The notes: generated by a model from the letters alone, not told the origin. DNA of 64,000 nucleotides from an uncultured Candidatus Saccharibacteria bacterium (GCA_964637575.1 CAZWVU010000001.1:53009-117008), one strand, 5' to 3'; shown: positions 46,124-57,436, counted from the stretch's first letter. Program-made: numbers and translations.

Positions 46124-49100
46124 TTATTGCAAGGTGATCGTTTCCTGCAATCCAGCATCGCTGTTGGAGAGACCAGGAACGAGGAAACCGTTGTACCAGG
46201 TGAAGTCCACAATGCTCTGGGTCGTCGAAGTCGGGTTGCCGCTCCAGATGAAGTCATTGTCATCCCAGCCATCGGCATTCGCAGCAGTGGTCGCGAAGAT
46301 GTACCGGCCGTTCACAAAGTCATCACCTTGTGCCGTCGGATCATAGCTCGCGCCAACACCGTTTCCGTTGCCGGCTGAACCTAACTGACCTGCATCGAAA
46401 GTAGCATCGCCGTCCATCTTGGTTGTGACGTTCGGAGAGCTGGAAGCACCTGTGATGTCACCGACGAGGGCGAAGTATAACGTCTGACCGGCGCTGACGC
46501 GCACCGTGTCCTTGGTAGAACCACCTGTGCTATCGGTCGGGTTGAAGTATACCGTCACCAGAGTCGGGTTAGTCGTGCTGCCACCTGGGTGCAACGCACG
46601 GCCGGATCCTCCATTGTTCACGGTCGCATTCGCGAGACCACCCTGGTTCAAGAGACCGGAGTTGTCGAAGGCGTTGCAAGCCGCGTTGCTGAAGGCCGCA
46701 TCGGAGTAGCAATACACACGGAAGTTCGTAACTTGGAAGTTGCAAGTGTGTCCCGCAACACCGCTGTTATCGCAACCCTGTGTCGTGCTCGTAGAGACTT
46801 CGAAAGCGTACTTGTACAAGCTGACGCCGTTCGTTCCCGCCGGGGCGCTTACGCTGAAGCGATAAAGCGTCTGGCCGGAAGTGTTGGCGAACTTGCCGCT
46901 CGTTGAAATCTTGGTGATCGTCGGATTGGCACGTGTGATTCTCACGCCGTTCGAGGCAGTGTTGCTGCCACCGGAAGCGATCGTGGAACCAGACGACATA
47001 CCGACACCTACCGCACCGCGGTTGCTGTTGTCAGTGCTGCTCTGGGAATCATAGTTCACAAGAACCAGATGACCAGGCTTGGCCGGCTGACCAACACCAA
47101 TCGGAGCGATATCTCCCTTGATGGTCAAGAGAATCTGGCTGTCCTTCGGAACAGTGACACCACTCAAGCTGACCGTGGCGAAATCACCGCTGAAGACCGC
47201 GCTACCAACCTGCTGGGAACCCACCCAAAGAGTAACCTGGCTGAGATCCTGCGGGGTGTTGGAAGCGTTGCCATAGGCATATGCAGCATTGCCGGAAGTG
47301 GTAGCGAGCGTGAGGCCGATGGTATCCACCCGGATGTCTTCATAGGTAGAGGTCAGAGAGAAGACCGCAAGAGTGTTGCCGGTCGTTCCCGACTGAGCCC
47401 ACCGCAAAGACGGGCTGGAGGAATCCAAAGCCAAGCTCAATGTACCAGCTGTGCGGGCAGTGATGGTGCGGCCGTTATCCGCCGTTCCACCAGGAGTAAC
47501 TGTGGTACCGGAAGTAATACCGGTCGCCACTACGTTCGTGGTGGAAGGAGTCGCAAGGCCCCAACCATATGTCTGTCCAGACAACGCCTGAGCCGTCAGG
47601 TTGCAATACAATCCCAATGTCTTCACCGTTCCTTTCGGAATGATCAAGCTTGAGTCAAACGTGAAGGCAACCGCGTCGGCACTCGCAACCGAGTTGCCCG
47701 GGTTCACGATATTGGAACCGCTGTTCAACGCAGTCGTGCCATCTTTCAATTGGCAGTTGGTCATATCGTCTGCGGTATTCGCAGTGCCGATCGCCACGCG
47801 CAATTGCATCTGGGTAAGACGAATGTCTTCGCCGGAGTTCGAGGCATCGAGTACGTAGTTCGTGAAGAGGTAGTTATTCGTACCTGCTACAACGTTCTGA
47901 GCAGCCGCAGCTGAACCCGTTCCAGGCGCAACGGTTACCGACAACGCGGCCGCTTTCACGGTCATCGTGTTCATAGTAATCGTACCGCCAGTCGGCGTAA
48001 TGGACTGGGAAGAAACCAAGCCCTTGACAGTGGTCCACTGGGAGCTCGGGGTGGTAGAAGCCGAAACCGTATCGTTATTCGCGAAATCGGTGCCCAGTTT
48101 ACCTTTCAAGGTGTAAACGTGGCGGCCAACTTTCAAAGTAACGGTATCGGTGAATTTAATGGCGTTCTTGCCGCCCGCTGCACCATCAACCGGACCGGCG
48201 ACTACATTGCCGTTCTCGTCGTACAAGCTGACATTGGTAATGTCGTTCGAATCAATCGCACGGCTACCAGTGCTCGGCTTCACGAGAGAAAGATCAAAGT
48301 TCATCGCGGCAACCGTGACATCTTCACCCTTCACATCAGCCAAGAAACCGCCCAACACCTGGTTGGAAAGGTTGATAGCAATGTTCTGGGCAGCAACCGT
48401 TACGGCTTTTTCAACAGTCAGCGTACCAGCGCCAATGGTGACTTGGAAGCCATCAAAGTTCGGCTGGGAGCTCTGAAGAGTGCCGTTATGGTTGGTGGAA
48501 GAATCACCGGAATCAGTTGCGGTCGGAGCAAGCGTATAACCGTAAGTCAAACCAACGACCTGGATATCGTTGTAGCGATAGAGGTCAAAGCTGACGGTAC
48601 GATTCGTGCCGCTCACGACATCTCCCTTGATAGAAGCTTCCTTGGAAAGACCCTTTTGAATGGTCAAAGGCGGGTTGAAGACGGCGGTATAGTACTTACC
48701 ATCAGAGCTGACGGTAGTATCATACGCGGTTCCATCAACATATACCTTTACATTCGCAAGGTCAGTCGCGCTCGCAGAGCCGGACTGATACCAGCGGAAG
48801 GACTTCAGAGAAACATCTTCATTGGAACCAGCGGTCAACTTGAGGGAAGAGAACGTGTACCCAGTGGTACCGATCTGTTCAGTCAAAGAAGTACCCGGAT
48901 CCAAAGGACCACGAGTGATCGTGACGTTTCCAATAGAAAGCGTGTCGTTTACGGTCATCACGTTTCCGGTCAGAGGGAAACTGGCACCTACATGGGCGGC
49001 TCCCGCATCGACGCCGATCAAGCTCAAGCTGACAAGCTGTCCAGCCTGGTTGGTCTGGCTCGCCGGGGAATCACCGGCCAATGTAATGATCCGGGACTGG

Positions 49101-49885
49101 CCTGCCTTAACTACGAACGGATTCGAAAGTTTCAGGGTGTGGTCAGAACCGAAGGTCTTGGAATCGCCGAGGCGGATTCCATTCTCATCCAAAGCTACAA
49201 CGCCGCTGAATGCAGCATCGGCGCCCTGGCCAGTTCTCTGAACGGTCAAGCTATTTACCGTAACATCGCCATCAGCAGAGGCCGAGAACACCAATTTGGT
49301 GAACGGGCGGCTCGCAAATGACTTGCCGAAAAGACCAGCAGCTGGCTGATCAGCGGCCAAATTAACAGAAAGTCCGCTTCCAGACGGTACTGGAGTCGGG
49401 CTTGGGGTCGGGACCGGAGCAGGAGTAGTGCCAGCGACAAGCACGGCATACTTCGCTCGTGATTTCGGACCAAAATAACCGACAGCCGGGGAAAGGCCAT
49501 TGGCAGCTTGCCACTTGGCTACCGCAGCAGCGGTCCTTGAACCGAAATACATAGATTCATTGCCTCTTGATCCCGCGCCGCTGGCAGATACCATCGAGTT
49601 GCCACCATCATTCAAGTACTGCTGCAGGCACATAACGTCATTGCCAGTTACACCCACGGTGAGGTCGCGGGTAAACGTGCAATGAACGGCAGAGCCGGAG
49701 CCACCTGTCTGATTAGCAAGCTGTGATTGTAACGCAGCGATTTGGGATAACAAGGCATTGATCTGGGTTTGCAAATCCGTAACGGATTGCGCGTTGGCAA
49801 CCGGTACGAACATCGCAAAGCTAGAAAGCCATACAGCGGTAGTTGCGGTAAGCAATACCGATGTAATTTTATTTGTTATGTTCAT
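46124..49885 (-). CDS. Giant secreted cell-surface protein with peptidoglycan-binding domain and Thr/Ser/Gly/Asn-rich beta-repeat region (S-layer-like, probable glycoprotein)
   Basis: 1253 aa; signal peptide ending VANA-QS, short coiled coil, PG_binding_1-like segment (CLQQYLNDGG...FGSRTAAAVAKWQAANGLSPAVGYFGPKSRAKY), Pro/Thr linker TTPAPVPTPSPTPVP, then repeated beta-domain-like units. Confidence 0.6.
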   Translation of the reverse strand: MNITNKITSVLLTATTAVWLSSFAMFVPVANAQSVTDLQTQINALLSQIAALQSQLANQTGGSGSAVHCTFTRDLTVGVTGNDVMCLQQYLNDGGNSMVSASGAGSRGNESMYFGSRTAAAVAKWQAANGLSPAVGYFGPKSRAKYAVLVAGTTPAPVPTPSPTPVPSGSGLSVNLAADQPAAGLFGKSFASRPFTKLVFSASADGDVTVNSLTVQRTGQGADAAFSGVVALDENGIRLGDSKTFGSDHTLKLSNPFVVKAGQSRIITLAGDSPASQTNQAGQLVSLSLIGVDAGAAHVGASFPLTGNVMTVNDTLSIGNVTITRGPLDPGTSLTEQIGTTGYTFSSLKLTAGSNEDVSLKSFRWYQSGSASATDLANVKVYVDGTAYDTTVSSDGKYYTAVFNPPLTIQKGLSKEASIKGDVVSGTNRTVSFDLYRYNDIQVVGLTYGYTLAPTATDSGDSSTNHNGTLQSSQPNFDGFQVTIGAGTLTVEKAVTVAAQNIAINLSNQVLGGFLADVKGEDVTVAAMNFDLSLVKPSTGSRAIDSNDITNVSLYDENGNVVAGPVDGAAGGKNAIKFTDTVTLKVGRHVYTLKGKLGTDFANNDTVSASTTPSSQWTTVKGLVSSQSITPTGGTITMNTMTVKAAALSVTVAPGTGSAAAAQNVVAGTNNYLFTNYVLDASNSGEDIRLTQMQLRVAIGTANTADDMTNCQLKDGTTALNSGSNIVNPGNSVASADAVAFTFDSSLIIPKGTVKTLGLYCNLTAQALSGQTYGWGLATPSTTNVVATGITSGTTVTPGGTADNGRTITARTAGTLSLALDSSSPSLRWAQSGTTGNTLAVFSLTSTYEDIRVDTIGLTLATTSGNAAYAYGNASNTPQDLSQVTLWVGSQQVGSAVFSGDFATVSLSGVTVPKDSQILLTIKGDIAPIGVGQPAKPGHLVLVNYDSQSSTDNSNRGAVGVGMSSGSTIASGGSNTASNGVRITRANPTITKISTSGKFANTSGQTLYRFSVSAPAGTNGVSLYKYAFEVSTSTTQGCDNSGVAGHTCNFQVTNFRVYCYSDAAFSNAACNAFDNSGLLNQGGLANATVNNGGSGRALHPGGSTTNPTLVTVYFNPTDSTGGSTKDTVRVSAGQTLYFALVGDITGASSSPNVTTKMDGDATFDAGQLGSAGNGNGVGASYDPTAQGDDFVNGRYIFATTAANADGWDDNDFIWSGNPTSTTQSIVDFTWYNGFLVPGLSNSDAGLQETITLQ

Positions 49886-50044
49886 TGATTAATTTTTGTA
49901 ATTACTGAATTCTTTTTTAATTTCTCGTCCAAAATCGTTCTCCATCTTTCTGCCACGTAAAGTGCTGCAGAAATCGACCTTGATAGAAAACCTATCTCAA
50001 TAGCTTATTCTGGTAATGACTCTGCTCGGATATTTTTTTATTTG

Positions 50045-50080
50045 TGAGGAATAAAAAAAGTCTCCCAAATGTGGGAGGCT
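50045..50080 (-). terminator. Intrinsic terminator after the regulator gene, upstream of the surface-protein promoter region
   Basis: Stem TCTCCCA/TGGGAGG (50061-50067 / 50072-50078), loop AATG, U-run on the minus strand from the plus A-run 50052-50059. Confidence 0.5.
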
Positions 50081-50203
50081 GCAAAGCAATGTCGCAATCG
50101 ACAAGAGATCAACATTGCTAATGACTAAGCCTCACACAAAGCCACTACATAGAGTATAACGACCGTATGGGCTATTTATTACGGCAATTATATGCGGCAA
50201 ACA

Positions 50204-50827
50204 CTATCCCTTAAGGGCGTAGTAGCTTCCAGGTCCCCCATTGCCGATTCGTTCAATAAGGCCCTGTAAGCAGAGCTTTTGAAGATCGTAGCGCATGGTT
50301 CTTTCGCTCACTTCAGGAAATGCGGCAATAATGTCTTTAAGCTGGGCTTGCCGGTTTTCGGATTGCCGTATTTTATCTAAAATTGCCGATTGCCGAATTG
50401 TGGATGCCATTCCATTTCCGTTTCCATCTATTGCTACCATTGGCGCAGAATTGCCGTTTTCTTTTTTTGCAAGATCGTCACTTATGATAGTAGGGACCTT
50501 AGAAAAAATCGGCGCAACATCGGAAGTGTTTTGAGATTCAGATTCTATTCCGGTGATTTGTTCAAGTGACTCCTTTACTGACCGCAACTCGCCAATTATT
50601 ATCTTGGCATTCACTGGTTCGATTTCATACATTAACTTTCCAAGACTGATCAAAGACTCCAAAACAACGATTGATTTTAAAGCGTCCTCGAAATTTTGCA
50701 TGCCTACATTTTCCAAAAGCTGAAAGGCATATTTTTCGAGACGTTGCCGAAGTTCCACCCGCCGAATGTAGGGGGCAATGCGGGTCAGTGCATAGCTAAT
50801 TTCCTGCGTTTTCTGATTCACAAACAT
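50204..50827 (-). CDS. Putative DNA-binding regulator with C-terminal DeoR-like winged HTH
   Basis: 207 aa; C-terminus AAFPEVSERTMRYDLQKLCLQGLIERIGNGGPGSYY is HTH-like. N-terminal domain unassigned. Confidence 0.35.
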   Translation of the reverse strand: MFVNQKTQEISYALTRIAPYIRRVELRQRLEKYAFQLLENVGMQNFEDALKSIVVLESLISLGKLMYEIEPVNAKIIIGELRSVKESLEQITGIESESQNTSDVAPIFSKVPTIISDDLAKKENGNSAPMVAIDGNGNGMASTIRQSAILDKIRQSENRQAQLKDIIAAFPEVSERTMRYDLQKLCLQGLIERIGNGGPGSYYALKG

Positions 50828-50853
50828 TAGAAATTAATCTAGAATAAAAATGT

Positions 50854-51678
50854 ATGGAAGTCAAAGTTGCTGTATTGCCGGTTGCCGGATTAGGAACAAG
50901 AGTAATGCCGCTTACCCTGCACCAACCAAAAGCAATGATTGGCATTGTGGACAGGCCAATGATCCATTATGTCATTGATGAGATAGCTGCCGCGGGCATC
51001 CGGCGGATAATAATTGTTGCCGGACCGCAACAGCACGAGTTCAAAAGATACGTAGAGCATCTTGAGAAAAGCTGGGATAAAAAATACAAAATTCAATTTC
51101 AGTTTGCCGTTCAAAAAAACCAATGGGGCAATGGCGATGCCATCTATGCGGCAAGGCATCTTCTGAAAAATGAGCCGTTTCTGGTTTGTTTTTCGGATGA
51201 CCTGCTTGTCGATGCTGTCCCGCCAATGCAGACCCTGGTCAAGCTTTTTCATAAAACCCAGTCACCGATTGTTACGCTGGAACGCGTGCCGAAATCGCGT
51301 GTCTCCTCTTATGGCGTGGTAAAGGCCACAAAGCATGGGGTGTCGGAGCATGCCTATCGCATCAGCGACGTCGTAGAAAAGCCCAAAATAAGCGAAGCGC
51401 CTTCTAATCTGACTATTATTGGAAGGTACGTGCTGACTCCGGAAATACTCGCCCACATTGGAAATCTTTACCCTTATCGAGGCCGTGAGATCGGCCTCGC
51501 CGATGCGCTCAAAAATTACGCTCGTGCCGGAAACGAGCTCTGCGGCTGGCTTTTTCAGGGAACACGCTTTGATGCAGGATCCAAGCTGGGAATATTAAAG
51601 GCACAGGCTTATTTCGGAACGCATCATAAGGAGTTTGGGGCTGAATTTGTCCGCTATCTCAAAAACCTGCGGAGCTAA
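50854..51678 (+). CDS. galU: UTP--glucose-1-phosphate uridylyltransferase
   Basis: 274 aa; AVLPVAGLGTRVMPLTLHQPKAMIGIVDRPMIHYVIDE. Confidence 0.7.
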   Translation: MEVKVAVLPVAGLGTRVMPLTLHQPKAMIGIVDRPMIHYVIDEIAAAGIRRIIIVAGPQQHEFKRYVEHLEKSWDKKYKIQFQFAVQKNQWGNGDAIYAARHLLKNEPFLVCFSDDLLVDAVPPMQTLVKLFHKTQSPIVTLERVPKSRVSSYGVVKATKHGVSEHAYRISDVVEKPKISEAPSNLTIIGRYVLTPEILAHIGNLYPYRGREIGLADALKNYARAGNELCGWLFQGTRFDAGSKLGILKAQAYFGTHHKEFGAEFVRYLKNLRS

Positions 51679-52376
51679 ACTCCCCAACGGGAAAACACGA
51701 ATACCAGGAGCGTGAGCGTCGTAAGAAGCGTGCCATGAATTAATACTGTTCTTTTGGTGAGCTTGTGTTCCTGATGATAGTAGGCGATATCGGCAAGGAG
51801 TATCCAAGAAAGAGCGGCTAAGCCGGATTGGCTGAGAAAGCCGATAGGTAATAATGAGATAGCCCAGGCGATTTGAAGTCCGAGAAAGCTGACTAACCAG
51901 CGGGCGGCCCTATGGACAATGACCTGCTTCATAAGAATTACAAAGCCTATAAAAATCCCGAAAAGTCGCAGGAACTCGCTTGTGCCGGGATAGTAAAAAA
52001 ACATGATAAAAAGCGGGTAGGACAACAAGAGCACCAGCACTCTCTGCCAGCTTTCCCGGTCAACAAGCGCCAGATCCTTTATGCCCAGAATCAGATAGAA
52101 CAGAACGGCAAAATAGAGCATCGGAACGATTCCTGAAGAAAATGTCTGCACGGTCATAATTACCTCCGCTAAAAGAAGAATAAAGGGCCCGCCCAGCTCA
52201 AACGTGCGGAAAAAAGGAATTGCATATAAAAACCCGGCGCATATTCCAAAAAACAGTATCGGGAAAAAACCGAGGCGCCCGGACGAGAGCGTTCCCAACA
52301 GGAACGCGAACACCAGGGTTTTAACTGCTAACCGTAATTTGGGATTCTGAAAAACCAATTTTAACTTTGTCTCCAT
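51675..52376 (-). CDS. Integral membrane protein of unknown function (start may lie downstream of 52376)
   Basis: 233 aa, 6-7 hydrophobic segments. The annotated start overlaps the clpB 3' end by 56 nt. Confidence 0.35.
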   Translation of the reverse strand: METKLKLVFQNPKLRLAVKTLVFAFLLGTLSSGRLGFFPILFFGICAGFLYAIPFFRTFELGGPFILLLAEVIMTVQTFSSGIVPMLYFAVLFYLILGIKDLALVDRESWQRVLVLLLSYPLFIMFFYYPGTSEFLRLFGIFIGFVILMKQVIVHRAARWLVSFLGLQIAWAISLLPIGFLSQSGLAALSWILLADIAYYHQEHKLTKRTVLIHGTLLTTLTLLVFVFSRWGV

Positions 52377-54936
52377 TGTTCAGTTCTCCGCCGATAATTT
52401 TATCGGCTAATTTGTCCAGGATTGCTTTTTGAATGAGGCGCTTGATCGGCCGCGCGCCATACTCCGGATCGAAACCGTTATCAACAATGTACTTTTTCGC
52501 GGCGGGATCGATAGTAATTTTAATATCGCGCTCTTTGAGCTTCTCCTTCACCAATTCTAATTGCAAATCCACGATCTTTTCAATTTCCTTCTTGTGAAGC
52601 GGGTTAAAAATGATGATTTCATCGAGACGGTTCAGAAATTCCGGCTTGAATGTCCGGCGAAGCGAATCCATGATCTTATCCTTATAATTCCCCTCCTGGG
52701 CCTGTGCCTCTCCGTCGAAAAGCGAGGCAAAGCCGATGTTGGAGATCTGCTTGAAGAAGTGACTCCCCGCATTTGAGGTCAAAAGGATAATTGAATTTTT
52801 AAAGTTAATCACCTTCCCTTTGCCGTCGGTAAGGCGGCCGTTATCCAATATCTGGAGCAAGATATTAAACACTTCCGGATGAGCTTTTTCTATTTCATCA
52901 AACAAAATCAAACTGTAGGGACGATGGCGAACCATCTCCGTAAGCTGGCCCCCTTCTTCAAATCCCACATATCCCGGAGGCGATCCGATCAGGCGGGCGA
53001 CGGAGTGCTTTTCCATGTATTCGGACATATCAATGCGGACCAGCGCTTTCTCGTCATTAAACATAAACTCCGCAAGCGCCCGGGCCAGCGCAGTCTTTCC
53101 CACGCCGGTTGGCCCTAAAAATATGAAGGATCCGAGCGGCCGGTGTTCATCGGCCAATCCGGCGCGCGCCCGCCGGAGCGCGTTCGCAACTGAGCCGATC
53201 GCCTCTTCCTGGCCGACTACCCGGCTCTGCAGAGCCTCTTCAATTCTTGTCAGTTTTTTCGCTTCCGACTCCAGCATCCGGTTCACCGGAATTCCCGTCC
53301 AGCGCGAAACCACCGTCGCGATATCTTCCGCGTCAACTGCTTCCTTAATAAAACCATGGTCCTTGGCCTGCTTCTTTTCAAGATTTTTATAATCTTTTTC
53401 CGCTTGCGGCAGACTGCCGTACAAAATTTCCGCCACCCGCTCCAGATCGCCCTCCCGCTCCGCCACTTCGGCGTCACGACGCAAATCCTCTATTTTTTTC
53501 CGAAGATTGTGAAGATTTTCAAAGGCGATTTTTTCCGCATGCCACGTCGCGGACAATTCGTCATTGCGCGCTTTTAATTTCTCAATCTGGCCGCCTACTT
53601 CCTTAATCCTGGCTTTATTTTTGGTGACGCCCTCTTTTTGCAATGCGGAGCGTTCAATTTCCAATCGGGTCATTTCCCGGCGAAGTTTTTCTATTTCAGC
53701 GGGCAGACTTTCTGTTTCCAGCCGCCGGGCCGCCGCCGCTTCATCAATCAAATCCACTGCCTTATCAGGCAAAAAGCGGTCGGTAATATAACGGGCGGAA
53801 AGATTCACCGCTTCGGTAATTGCCTCGTCGCTGATACGCAGTCCGTGATGAGTCTCGTATTTTTCCTTCAGGCCGCGCAAAATCGCGATCGTGTCCTCAA
53901 CGGTCGGCTCTTCAACCATAATCGGCTGAAAGCGGCGTTCCAGCGCCGGATCCTTTTCAATATGCCGCTGGTATTCCCTGATTGTTGTGGCGCCGACCGC
54001 ATGCAATTCTCCGCGCGCCAATGGGGGTTTCAGCAAATTAGAGGCATCCACCGCTCCCTCCGCGGCGCCGGCTCCTACAATCATATGTATTTCGTCGATA
54101 AATAAGATCAATCTGCCGGCCGCGTTCTGTATCTCCCGGACAAATGCCTTCAGTCGGTCTTCAAATTCGCCGCGGAATTTCGTTCCCGCGATCAGCGATC
54201 CAAGATCAAGCATGATTATTTCCTTACCCTTCAGGGTCTCCGGGACATCTCCGGAAATAATCCGCTGGGCCAGTCCTTCCACGATTGCGGTCTTTCCGAC
54301 GCCGGGCTCTCCGATCAATACGGGATTATTTTTGGTGCGGCGGCTCAACACCTGAATCAGGCGGCGCAATTCTTCGTCCCTGCCGATTACCGGATCAAGC
54401 TTCCCTTCGCGCGCCCGATCAGTAAGATTGATGGCGTATTTTTCCAGAACCTGAAATTTGCTTTCCGGGGTCTCGTCAGTAACGCGCGTGGATCCGCGGA
54501 GCTGGGCCAGCGCCCGAAACGCAACATCTCTCCGCAATCCCGCCTTCTCCAGAAGTTTCTGGGCGGCGGAAGAGGAATCCAGGACACTGAGCAACAGGTG
54601 CTCGCAGGAAATATATTCATCCTTCTGCTGAAGGGCAATTTTTCCCGCGCGATCCAGCACCTGCATCAGCTCAGGCGAAAGATAAAGCTGGCCGACGCTG
54701 GAAGCCCCGAAAATTTTCGGCATTTTTTTAAGTTCACCTTCCACTTCCCCATGAAGCGTGTCGATATTGACTCCGGCTTTTACGAGCATCGGACGGACCA
54801 GCGTCTGCTCGTCTTCAATGAGCGTGTACAAAAGATGGAGGACTTTGAACTCTCCGTGATTCCACTGACCGGCAAGCTCCTGCGCCTGCTGGAGCGCTTC
54901 CTGGGCGCGGATGGTAAAACGATTAAATGATGGCAT
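52321..54936 (-). CDS. clpB: ATP-dependent chaperone ClpB
   Basis: 871 aa; two AAA+ modules ([16 protein letters not shown]), ClpN N-domain, middle coiled coil. Confidence 0.9.
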   Translation of the reverse strand: MPSFNRFTIRAQEALQQAQELAGQWNHGEFKVLHLLYTLIEDEQTLVRPMLVKAGVNIDTLHGEVEGELKKMPKIFGASSVGQLYLSPELMQVLDRAGKIALQQKDEYISCEHLLLSVLDSSSAAQKLLEKAGLRRDVAFRALAQLRGSTRVTDETPESKFQVLEKYAINLTDRAREGKLDPVIGRDEELRRLIQVLSRRTKNNPVLIGEPGVGKTAIVEGLAQRIISGDVPETLKGKEIIMLDLGSLIAGTKFRGEFEDRLKAFVREIQNAAGRLILFIDEIHMIVGAGAAEGAVDASNLLKPPLARGELHAVGATTIREYQRHIEKDPALERRFQPIMVEEPTVEDTIAILRGLKEKYETHHGLRISDEAITEAVNLSARYITDRFLPDKAVDLIDEAAAARRLETESLPAEIEKLRREMTRLEIERSALQKEGVTKNKARIKEVGGQIEKLKARNDELSATWHAEKIAFENLHNLRKKIEDLRRDAEVAEREGDLERVAEILYGSLPQAEKDYKNLEKKQAKDHGFIKEAVDAEDIATVVSRWTGIPVNRMLESEAKKLTRIEEALQSRVVGQEEAIGSVANALRRARAGLADEHRPLGSFIFLGPTGVGKTALARALAEFMFNDEKALVRIDMSEYMEKHSVARLIGSPPGYVGFEEGGQLTEMVRHRPYSLILFDEIEKAHPEVFNILLQILDNGRLTDGKGKVINFKNSIILLTSNAGSHFFKQISNIGFASLFDGEAQAQEGNYKDKIMDSLRRTFKPEFLNRLDEIIIFNPLHKKEIEKIVDLQLELVKEKLKERDIKITIDPAAKKYIVDNGFDPEYGARPIKRLIQKAILDKLADKIIGGELNNGDKVKIGFSESQITVSS

Positions 54937-54970
54937 GGTGGTTTATATTAATTTCCGCAGAATTTTATCA

Positions 54971-56212
54971 TTATATTTTTCTTTCAGCAAGAGTGACCGA
55001 CACTGTCATCTCTTTTCCTGCGTGCAAAAGAGTAATTGACACGGTATCGCCGACAGAAAAGCTCTGCAATAACTCCGCCGGCGTGTGATCGGCATCCACT
55101 GTCCGGCCGTTGATCGCGATAATAATGTCCCCGGCCTGGATGCCGGCATTCGCGGCCGGAGATTGTGGAATAACTGCCGGACCACCCGCGCCGCCGCGCA
55201 CAATCACGCCTTTATCGGTGGGAAGTTTGTCCCGTTTCGCAATATCGGAAGAATTCAGGACGTAGCGGATGCCGAGAAATGGCGTCTGGATTTTTCCGGT
55301 AGCCTTTACGGAATTAATGTCGCGTTTGGCAAGATTGATCGGCAGGGCAAATCCGATATTTTGCGCGCCCTCGGCGGTAGCGGTGTTGATACCGATCACC
55401 TCTCCCCGCAAATTCAGAAGCGGCCCGCCGGAATTGCCGAGATTGATAGCCGCATCGGTCTGAATAATCCCCTTCAGTTCTTCCTCAAAACCGCTCTGTT
55501 CCCCTGCGGTAATTTTCCTGGAAAGTCCGGAGATAATTCCCACTGATACGGTGTTTCGGAATTCCCCGAGCGCATTGCCGATGGCAATTGCAGTCTGTCC
55601 AAGCTTGATCGAGTCGGAATCGCCCAAAGTGATCACCGGCAACCCGCCGGCGGGGGCTTCAATTTTTACTACTGCGAGATCCTGGACGGAATCGCGGGCG
55701 ACTACCTTGGCGGAATATTTTTTCCCGTCATTGGTAAACACCGTGTAAGAAGCGTTGGTGTCCTGCACCACGTGTTTGTTGGTTAAAATCAGTCCGTCGC
55801 CGGAAATAATGAATCCGCTGCCGCCGCCCACTTCCTGAAGTTTAGTGCCTTTCTGGCACGGCTGGGAAAATTGGACATTCCCGAAAAATTGCTGGAATTC
55901 CGGCGGAAGATCACCGAACGGATTAACAGGGCAGTTTTCTATAATAGGAACGTTTTTGCTGATGACGATAGACACTACTGACGGCGAGGCCTGCTGGACC
56001 GCGTCAATAATATGCTGTTCGTAATCGACCGGCGCCCGGTATTCCGGCGCAGGCGAGGTTTGCACATTTGGCGTGCTCGAGCCAACTCCGAAAAGATTAT
56101 GAAGAAAATCCTGGAAAAAACTTGCATGCGCGGAAGGACTCGCAAACACCAGGAGCGCCGCTACGACGACTACGGCACCCCCGCCAAGCCATAGAGTGCG
56201 GTGTTGTTTCAT
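54971..56212 (-). CDS. HtrA/DegP-family serine protease with PDZ domain
   Basis: 413 aa; N-terminal TM/signal, catalytic GNSGGPLLN, C-terminal PDZ. Confidence 0.8.
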   Translation of the reverse strand: MKQHRTLWLGGGAVVVVAALLVFASPSAHASFFQDFLHNLFGVGSSTPNVQTSPAPEYRAPVDYEQHIIDAVQQASPSVVSIVISKNVPIIENCPVNPFGDLPPEFQQFFGNVQFSQPCQKGTKLQEVGGGSGFIISGDGLILTNKHVVQDTNASYTVFTNDGKKYSAKVVARDSVQDLAVVKIEAPAGGLPVITLGDSDSIKLGQTAIAIGNALGEFRNTVSVGIISGLSRKITAGEQSGFEEELKGIIQTDAAINLGNSGGPLLNLRGEVIGINTATAEGAQNIGFALPINLAKRDINSVKATGKIQTPFLGIRYVLNSSDIAKRDKLPTDKGVIVRGGAGGPAVIPQSPAANAGIQAGDIIIAINGRTVDADHTPAELLQSFSVGDTVSITLLHAGKEMTVSVTLAERKI

Positions 56213-56217
56213 ATTCT

Positions 56218-57375
56218 TTATTTTAATACGTTTCTGATGATTTTGACCACATAATTTATATCTGTCTTCCGGATCCCGCGGCCAACGCTGAAGCGAAGGC
56301 TGCCGCCAGCCCGACTCTTGGAAAATCCGAGCGCCTCCAAAACGTATGATGTTTTGGAAACACGGGTGGAACAGGCCGCCCCCGGGGACGCCGCAATGCC
56401 GGCAAGATCCAATTTGATCTGAAGATCATGAGCCGTCTGTCCGGGGAAATAAATATTCAGATTATTCGGCAGGCGGTTTTCCCAGGATCCGTTTAGTTTC
56501 AGCGAAGGCACGGCGTCGTGCAAAGCATCCCAAAAATAATTGCGGATCGCGGCCACCCGCATCCCCTCCGATGCGCGCTGCGCTGCGGCTATTTCCACCG
56601 CCCTTGCGAATCCCGCCAGGTACGGCACGTTTTCAGTTCCGGAACGCCGCCCCGCTTCCTGACCGGAGCCGGTAATGATCGGGCTGAGGCCTACGCCCTT
56701 TCGCACATACAAAGCGCCGACGCCTTTGGGTCCGTAGATTTTATGGGCGGAGATAGTAAGAAGGTCAACGCCAAGATGTTTCGGCACGCACTCCAGATAT
56801 TGAAACGACTGCACCGCGTCGCTGTGAAATAACGGATAGGGCGAACCGGGCGCGCGACGCGAAGCCAAGAGCCTGGCAATTTCCTGGACAGGCTGAATGG
56901 TGCCAATTTCATTATTGGCATGCATCACCGAAACAAGGATGGTCCATTCATTCAGCGCAGAAGCAACTTTTTGAGGATCAACGATTCCTTCTTCCCCCAC
57001 CGGAACATATACCACCTCCGCCAATCCTTCTCGCTCCAGATCGCGGCACGTCTCCAATACTGATTCATGCTCGATGGCGGTAGTAATAATTCTCGGCATG
57101 CCTCCTGCATTGTTATATGCCTTCACCGCTCCCCTGATTGCCAGATTGTTGGCTTCCGTGGCGGACCCGGTAAAAATAATCTCCCGGTAATCAGCGCCGA
57201 GCGCGGCGGCTACCGCCCGCCGGGCGGCAAATACCGCGGCGGACGCTTCCTGGCCGAACCGGTGCAGAGCGCTTGGATTGCCGTATACCGCTCCGAAATA
57301 AGGAGCCATCGCCCGCTCCACCCGCCGGTCTACCGGAGTCGAGGCCGCATAATCAAGATAGATTCGTTTAGGCAT
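56218..57375 (-). CDS. Cysteine desulfurase (class V aminotransferase, IscS/NifS-like)
   Basis: Start chosen at MPKRIYLDYAASTP (57375; the ORF track runs to 57438); SAHKIYGPKGVGALY PLP-Lys motif. Confidence 0.75.
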   Translation of the reverse strand: MPKRIYLDYAASTPVDRRVERAMAPYFGAVYGNPSALHRFGQEASAAVFAARRAVAAALGADYREIIFTGSATEANNLAIRGAVKAYNNAGGMPRIITTAIEHESVLETCRDLEREGLAEVVYVPVGEEGIVDPQKVASALNEWTILVSVMHANNEIGTIQPVQEIARLLASRRAPGSPYPLFHSDAVQSFQYLECVPKHLGVDLLTISAHKIYGPKGVGALYVRKGVGLSPIITGSGQEAGRRSGTENVPYLAGFARAVEIAAAQRASEGMRVAAIRNYFWDALHDAVPSLKLNGSWENRLPNNLNIYFPGQTAHDLQIKLDLAGIAASPGAACSTRVSKTSYVLEALGFSKSRAGGSLRFSVGRGIRKTDINYVVKIIRNVLK

Positions 57376-57436
57376 TTTAGTCTCACCTACTATAATAGTA
57401 GACAAAGTTTCCGTAAAGTTGTACTTTATTAGCAAC

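Noticed and set aside
46124-49885. Giant protein as RHS/toxin or as a mobile-element cargo
   Set aside because: No RHS/YD repeats or toxin or nuclease C-terminus are evident. It has a signal peptide, a PG-binding domain and low-complexity Thr/Ser-rich beta repeats typical of structural surface proteins.
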